From positions 96,001 through 160,000 of the forward strand of contig JAWLHY010000007.1 in the NCBI GenBank assembly GCA_041690135.1: DNA of 64,000 nucleotides, in the 5' to 3' direction. The notes under the pieces are model-generated. The model searched no databases. It was not told the DNA's origin and saw only the letters and a program-made list of their open reading frames with translations. The first letter of the stretch is position 1, and every line of letters begins with the position of its first letter. A program made the position numbers and the translations under genes. Origin of the DNA: Armatimonadota bacterium. GTDB taxonomy: Bacteria; Armatimonadota; SYMT01. Of this stretch, positions 58,795 through 64,000 are shown in pieces.

Positions 58795-59203
58795 GACTTT
58801 CTTGCCGATTCGGGCGGTTGAATGCAAGTTGGCACAAATTCATGAAGTTTTCCGGACCGCCGGTGTGTATCTGCATGACGGCTGGAGTCGACTGAGAGCC
58901 GTAAGTATAGTTTTCGGTCGGCGACGTTTGTCATTGTGTGGATCAATTCTCCCCAACCCGCCCCGGGCGGTTATAGGGAGCGCCGGGAGGGCCGCGGAGG
59001 GGTCTCCCGGTATTTTTTTTCCACCCGTTAGCGGATTGCACCGGACCCCCTCCCGCCAGTACCTTAAGTCGGGCTTTAGGGAGGGCGAACTTGCCCCACG
59101 CGACAGGAACAACCGGGTGATCGGATGAACATTCATTCGACTTTCGGGAGTTTGCCTCCCGGGTGGGGGGAGCTGATCTGCGGATCGGCTCTGAAAGGGA
59201 CCG

Positions 59204-62200
59204 GTGCCTTTCATGTCTTATGCCACGGCGGTGGCCGAGGAATCGTTTTACGTCACGGGGGGAACCCTCCGCCACGACGCTCCCTGTTACGTAGAGCGCC
59301 GGGCCGATGTGGATCTTTACCAGGCGCTGAAGCGGCAGGAGTTCTGCTACGTCCTCACCTCCCGGCAGATGGGCAAATCGTCCCTGATGGTCCACACCGC
59401 CGTGCGGCTGCGCACGGAAGGCGTGGCAGTAGCCGTGCTGGACCTCACTGCCATCGGCCAGAACCTCAATCCCGAGCAGTGGTACGATGGTTTGCTGGTC
59501 CGCCTCGGCCGCCAACTCAACCTGGAAGACGAGCTCGAAGACTTTTGGTTGGACAATCCCCGGCTCGGACCGCTGCAGCGTTGGATGACCGCCCTCCGCG
59601 AGGTGGTGCTCGCGCGCTGTCCCGGCCCGGTGGTCCTCTTCGTGGACGAGATCGACGCCGTCCGCTCGCTCCCCTTTTCGACCGACGAGTTCTTCGCCGC
59701 CATCCGTGAATTCCACAACCAGCGATCGGAAGATCCGGAACTGGAGCGGTTGACCTTTTGCCTGCTGGGCGTGGCCACCCCCTCGGACCTGATACGCGAT
59801 GTGCGCACCACGCCCTTCAACATCGGTCTCCGGATCGAGTTGCAGGACTTCAGCGAAGAAGAGGCGATGTTGCTCGCCCAGGGCCTGGGGCGGGACCGCG
59901 CCACTTCGGAGGCCATTCTCAAACGGATCCTCTACTGGACCGGCGGCCATCCGTACCTGACCCAGCGCCTCTGTCAGGCCGTGGTTCAGGACCCGACCGT
60001 GAATGGCGCGGCCAGCATCGACCGGCTTTGCGAGGACCTGTTCCTCTCTCACCGTGCCCAGGAGAAGGATGATAATCTCCTTTTCGTCCGGGAGCGGATG
60101 CTGCGAAGCGAGGCCGACCTGGCCAGCGTGCTCGACCTGTACGCCCAGGTGCGGAGCGGGCGCCGCATTCCCGACGACGAAATGGATCCCCTGGTGAGCG
60201 TTCTGAAGCTTTCCGGCATCACTCGCGTCCAGGAAACCTGCCTTTGGGTCCACAACCGCATCTATTACCGGGTCTTTGATCAGGAGTGGATCAAGGTTCA
60301 CATGCCGGACGCGGAACTGCGCCGGCAGCAGGCCGCTTTCCGCAAAGGCTTGATCCGCGCGGCGATGGTGTCGGCCGGAATCCTCGTGGTTGTGGTGGGG
60401 CTGGCCGTTTCCGCCTGGCAACAGGCCCTGGCCGCCAACCGCGCCCGCGACGAGGTGCGCAAGCGGGAGCAGGAGGCGCGCCGCATCCTCTATGTTGCGC
60501 GAATGAATCTCGCCCAGCGTGCCATCGATGGGGACGACGTGCCCCGAGCCAGCGAATTGCTGGCTCGCTACGACAGGCCCGCGACGGGTGCCACACTGGA
60601 CGAATCGGGCCTGCGGCGCTTCGAGTGGTTCTACCTATGGAACCGGGCACAGAGCCAGTCGCTGATGCATACCCTGGACCGGCACACCCGCTTTGTGCTG
60701 GCCGTGGCCTACTCCCCGAAGACGGGTCTGGTGGCCTCCGGAAGCGCCGACCACACGATCCGCTTGTGGGACCCGTCCACCGGACGCGAGGTGGGGAATC
60801 TCGAAGGCCATACGAGCGGCGTAACGTCGCTGGCGATATCTTCGGACGGCAAATACCTGGCCTCGGGAAGCGATGACCGCACCGTGCGCCTCTGGGACCT
60901 GGAGCAGCGCCGGTCCCTGGGGACGATGACCGGCCATAAGGCCAAGGTGTGGTCCGTGGCGTTCCATCCCAGCCAACCGTTTCTGGCCAGCGCCAGTGAA
61001 GACGGCAGCGCCCGCATCTGGGACATCCAGTCGCGCGCGGAGCGGCAGCGGCTGCTGGGCCACAAGCACGCCATCGGGAGCGTGACTTTTTCCCGCGACG
61101 GCCGCTTCCTCGCCACAGGGAGCGCCGATCGTACGGCTCGGATCTGGGATACCTCGTCCTGGAGACCTGTGCGCGACCTGGCTGTGGGAGCACCCGTGTT
61201 CAGCGTTGCGTTCTCCGCTTCCGGCGAATCCCTGGCCACGGGAAGCCAGGACCGCCTGGTCCGCCTGTGGGATGTTGCTTCCGGCCGGCTCAACACCTCC
61301 CTGAAGGGGCACACCGACGCCGTGCTCAGCGTGGCCTTCTCGCCGGACGGCCGCCTGCTCGCCAGCGGCGGGTACGACAACCTCTTGCGCCTGTGGGACC
61401 TCTCCACGCGGCGGGAAGTGATGGCCTTCCGCGGCCACGATGGCGGTATTAACAGCCTGGCCTGGTCGGCGGGCGGGGGGAGGCTCGCCACCGCCAGCGA
61501 CGACCGCACCGTCCGCATCTGGAAGCCCACGACCCGCAAGAAGAACGACCTCCTCCGGGGTCACACCCGCCCGGTTCTCGCCACTGTGGTATCACCGGAC
61601 GGCCGTACGGTGTTCACCGGCTGCGAGGATAAAGCGATCCGCCTTTGGGATACGCAATCGGGTGCGAAGGTACGCGCCTTCACCGGGCACTCCCGCTATG
61701 TGGCGTCTCTCGCCTGCTCCCCGGATGGACGGCTCCTGGCTTCGGGCAGCGGGGACCGTACGGCGCGCTTGTGGGACGTAGCTTCCGGCAAGCAACTTCA
61801 GGTCTTCAAGGGCTTTCCTTATGAAGTCGCCGTCGCGTTTTCTCCAGACGGTGGCACTCTCGCAGTCTGGAGCCTGGATAAACAGCGCTCCGTGCACCTA
61901 TACAATGTGGCGACCGGCGAAAAAATGGGTGAGTTGGCGGGTCATCAAGATGCGGTCCGCTCCGTGGCTTTCTCGCCTGACCGCAAGTGGGTCGCCACCG
62001 CCAGCCGCGACAAAACCGTCAAGCTCTGGAACGCCGCGGATCGGACGGAAGCCGCTACTCTAACGGGCCATCTCGACTCAGTCAACCTGGTGGCGTTCCA
62101 ACCGGATAGCCGGCTGCTGGCCAGCGCGGGGCAGGACAACCGGGTGAAGCTTTGGGACCTGGCTACCCGAAAGGAAGTAGGAGACCTGGGCGGCCACAAA

Positions 62201-62455
62201 AAGCCGGTTTCCAGCCTGGTGTTCCATCCGGACCCCTCTTCGCACCGCCTCGCCACCGGGAGCTTCGACAACACGGTGAAGCTCTGGGACGTCCAGGTCA
62301 AAGAAGAGGTGGTGACGCTGCGCGGTCACTCCAACTGGGTCCACGCCGTAGCCTTTTCCCCAACCGCAGACTTCCTCGTGACCGCCAGCGCGGATCGCTC
62401 GGTGCGGTTCTGGCGCGCCGCCTCCGCCGAAGAAGTCTCCCAACGGTCCGAGTAG
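59204..62455 (+). CDS. AAA_35 (STAND-like) NTPase + hydrophobic segment + about 14 well-conserved WD40 repeats
   Basis: 'SRQMGKSSL','FVDEID','TGGHPYLTQRLC','ILVVVVGLAVSAW','RRFEWFYLW', then repeated 'GH..V.SVAFSPDG..LASGS.D.TVRLWD'. Confidence 0.93.
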   Translation: MPFMSYATAVAEESFYVTGGTLRHDAPCYVERRADVDLYQALKRQEFCYVLTSRQMGKSSLMVHTAVRLRTEGVAVAVLDLTAIGQNLNPEQWYDGLLVRLGRQLNLEDELEDFWLDNPRLGPLQRWMTALREVVLARCPGPVVLFVDEIDAVRSLPFSTDEFFAAIREFHNQRSEDPELERLTFCLLGVATPSDLIRDVRTTPFNIGLRIELQDFSEEEAMLLAQGLGRDRATSEAILKRILYWTGGHPYLTQRLCQAVVQDPTVNGAASIDRLCEDLFLSHRAQEKDDNLLFVRERMLRSEADLASVLDLYAQVRSGRRIPDDEMDPLVSVLKLSGITRVQETCLWVHNRIYYRVFDQEWIKVHMPDAELRRQQAAFRKGLIRAAMVSAGILVVVVGLAVSAWQQALAANRARDEVRKREQEARRILYVARMNLAQRAIDGDDVPRASELLARYDRPATGATLDESGLRRFEWFYLWNRAQSQSLMHTLDRHTRFVLAVAYSPKTGLVASGSADHTIRLWDPSTGREVGNLEGHTSGVTSLAISSDGKYLASGSDDRTVRLWDLEQRRSLGTMTGHKAKVWSVAFHPSQPFLASASEDGSARIWDIQSRAERQRLLGHKHAIGSVTFSRDGRFLATGSADRTARIWDTSSWRPVRDLAVGAPVFSVAFSASGESLATGSQDRLVRLWDVASGRLNTSLKGHTDAVLSVAFSPDGRLLASGGYDNLLRLWDLSTRREVMAFRGHDGGINSLAWSAGGGRLATASDDRTVRIWKPTTRKKNDLLRGHTRPVLATVVSPDGRTVFTGCEDKAIRLWDTQSGAKVRAFTGHSRYVASLACSPDGRLLASGSGDRTARLWDVASGKQLQVFKGFPYEVAVAFSPDGGTLAVWSLDKQRSVHLYNVATGEKMGELAGHQDAVRSVAFSPDRKWVATASRDKTVKLWNAADRTEAATLTGHLDSVNLVAFQPDSRLLASAGQDNRVKLWDLATRKEVGDLGGHKKPVSSLVFHPDPSSHRLATGSFDNTVKLWDVQVKEEVVTLRGHSNWVHAVAFSPTADFLVTASADRSVRFWRAASAEEVSQRSE

Positions 62456-62564
62456 GCGCATTGGGTTCCATTGGGAGCGTGTGGGCGACGGCCGAGGCGT
62501 GGGGTCTCACCCCTGGTAATAGCCCTAACCTACCTAAAGTTAACCGAACCCGTAGTGGTACCCA

Positions 62565-63006
62565 AAGGTAGCAGAGGGCCTCGTGCCCGTTGGTTACGGT
62601 ACGAGCATGGTGCCAAACTCGGACACGGCCCTGGTGACGAACCACTCCTGCAATGGGGCCGGTGCTTGCGAGTTTGGTAACAAATCACCGCTTCAGGATC
62701 AACGGGTCTCGGTCATGGTACGCGCATAACGCACAACTCGGACACGCACCTGGTGCCGATCAACTCCGGTTGTGGGGTTCGCAGTTGCGACATGGGTTAC
62801 CCAACTCCGCTTTGCACGCTGTGCCGCGGAAACTGCAGCTGCGGGTACACACCGGCGCATAGCGTGCCCAAGCACAGCCGCACGTACGCGCTGCGTATCC
62901 GCCGGGTTTGGTTCATCTCCCAGGACGGGTGCCCGTGATCACAACCTGGTGAGGTTCACCTCATGCGTCTACCGTAACCAACGGGCACGAGGCCCTCTGC
63001 TACCTT
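62565..63006. mobile_element. 442-bp element with perfect 37-bp terminal inverted repeats (REPIN/MITE-like)
   Basis: AAGGTAGCAGAGGGCCTCGTGCCCGTTGGTTACGGTA at 62565-62601 and its exact reverse complement at 62970-63006. Confidence 0.8.
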
Positions 63007-63074
63007 GCGCGACCAAAACTGGTTCAACTATCCTGGGCGCGTACCGTTGCGAATGCCTACGGCCTTCAGAGCAA

Positions 63075-64000
63075 CTACGCCATCCAACCGGCACTTCGAA
63101 AGAACGACTGGACCTGGGCCGGGGTGCAGTCCAGTTTGTTTGCGCCGCGGACCACGTCTTCCAGGTCCACGCCGTACCAGTTTCGCTTACCGGGATCGCA
63201 CAAGCCCGCGATGTTGAAGGGGTCCAACTCGCGGTAGAGCGCCTCGACCTGCGGCGGAGTGAGCCTACCGTTCGTCCGGGCGAAGTTGCAGTACCGGTCG
63301 AATACCTCCGTGAACCTCGGACGGTTTCCCAGGAGGAACTGGTTCGCCAGTGCCCGGCGATCCAGCCGGCGTGCCATTTCGCTGTAGCTGGCGGCGGCGA
63401 AGTAGAGCATTGTGAGCGCCGCGAAGGAGGGGAAATCTCCGAAACAACGGTAGCAGGCGCCGACCAGCCGGGCGGCGGCGTCCACTTCGCGCAGGGACTG
63501 TTCGCGGTAGGCTGTTAGGGCTTCCGCTCCGGGCTTGCCTCCGCTCTCCTGGAGGAGTTCTCCCAGACGCTGCACACCCAGAAGCGTCAGGGGAAAGCCG
63601 GTACTGAGCAGCGGGTCCACGAATGCCATGGCGGAGGGGAGAACGGCCGCCCCTTCCAGCACCGGCGACATGCAGCGGTAGGGAAGGCGCGCCGCATGGA
63701 TGAACGGGGTGACCGCTTCCGCTCCGGCGAACTGCTCTCGCACCGCCGGCATCCGGTCCAGGAGTTTTCGCCATGCCCCGGCCGGCTCCCGCGCACCCAA
63801 TTCCCGAGCGAGATCCGCATCAAGTGCGGCTCCCGCGCTGGTGATCCCATTGTTGAACCGCAGCACCCAGATCCAGCCGCCGGGGAATATGTGGTGGAGG
63901 GCGGCGTCGTCCGGCGGGTAGGGTGGGCGTGCCGGCAGTTTTCCCGTAGCCGCTATGTGTTCTTGGGTCGCGAATCGACCCACTCCCGTGAAGTGGGCGA
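63075..64000 (-). CDS. Flavin-dependent halogenase-like oxidoreductase, C-terminal part (5' end outside window)
   Basis: 'GWIWVLRFNN' (WxWxIP-like) and 'AMAFVDPLLSTG' (FxDPxxSxG). Confidence 0.8.
   Translation of the reverse strand, partial: AHFTGVGRFATQEHIAATGKLPARPPYPPDDAALHHIFPGGWIWVLRFNNGITSAGAALDADLARELGAREPAGAWRKLLDRMPAVREQFAGAEAVTPFIHAARLPYRCMSPVLEGAAVLPSAMAFVDPLLSTGFPLTLLGVQRLGELLQESGGKPGAEALTAYREQSLREVDAAARLVGACYRCFGDFPSFAALTMLYFAAASYSEMARRLDRRALANQFLLGNRPRFTEVFDRYCNFARTNGRLTPPQVEALYRELDPFNIAGLCDPGKRNWYGVDLEDVVRGANKLDCTPAQVQSFFRSAGWMA

Noticed and set aside
62460-63070. Short Cys-rich ORFs (e.g. 62753-62938) as peptides
   Set aside because: No clear RBS, and they lie inside the inverted-repeat element, which explains the region better.

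Overview
GC-rich bacterial chromosome window. The DUF1501/DUF1549-DUF1553 modules and the '[12 protein letters not shown]' DUF1559 pilin suggest Armatimonadota or a similar PVC-like lineage (inference). All family calls come from motif recognition by eye, not from database searches. The left two-thirds holds four DUF1553+DUF1501 modules (two behind LacI regulators), a two-component system, an orphan ECF sigma, a MoxR-like ATPase/vWA-metallopeptidase pair, tRNA-His and a redox cluster. That cluster includes a thioredoxin-fold gene whose UxxC active site uses an in-frame TGA followed by a SECIS-like hairpin, so it is a probable selenoprotein truncated in the ORF track. The most striking locus is 50.8-62.5 kb: ECF sigma -> double zinc-finger anti-sigma-like protein -> Lon-like Ser-Lys protease/degenerate TIR/AAA_35 (STAND-like) NTPase fusion -> AAA_35-TM-WD40 receptor -> small Cys-containing peptide, with a second AAA_35-TM-WD40 paralog transcribed divergently. 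It looks like an NLR-like, protease-gated sigma-release signalling system. REP/REPIN-like elements and 6-8 nt tandem repeats are frequent, and some lie in-frame inside genes.
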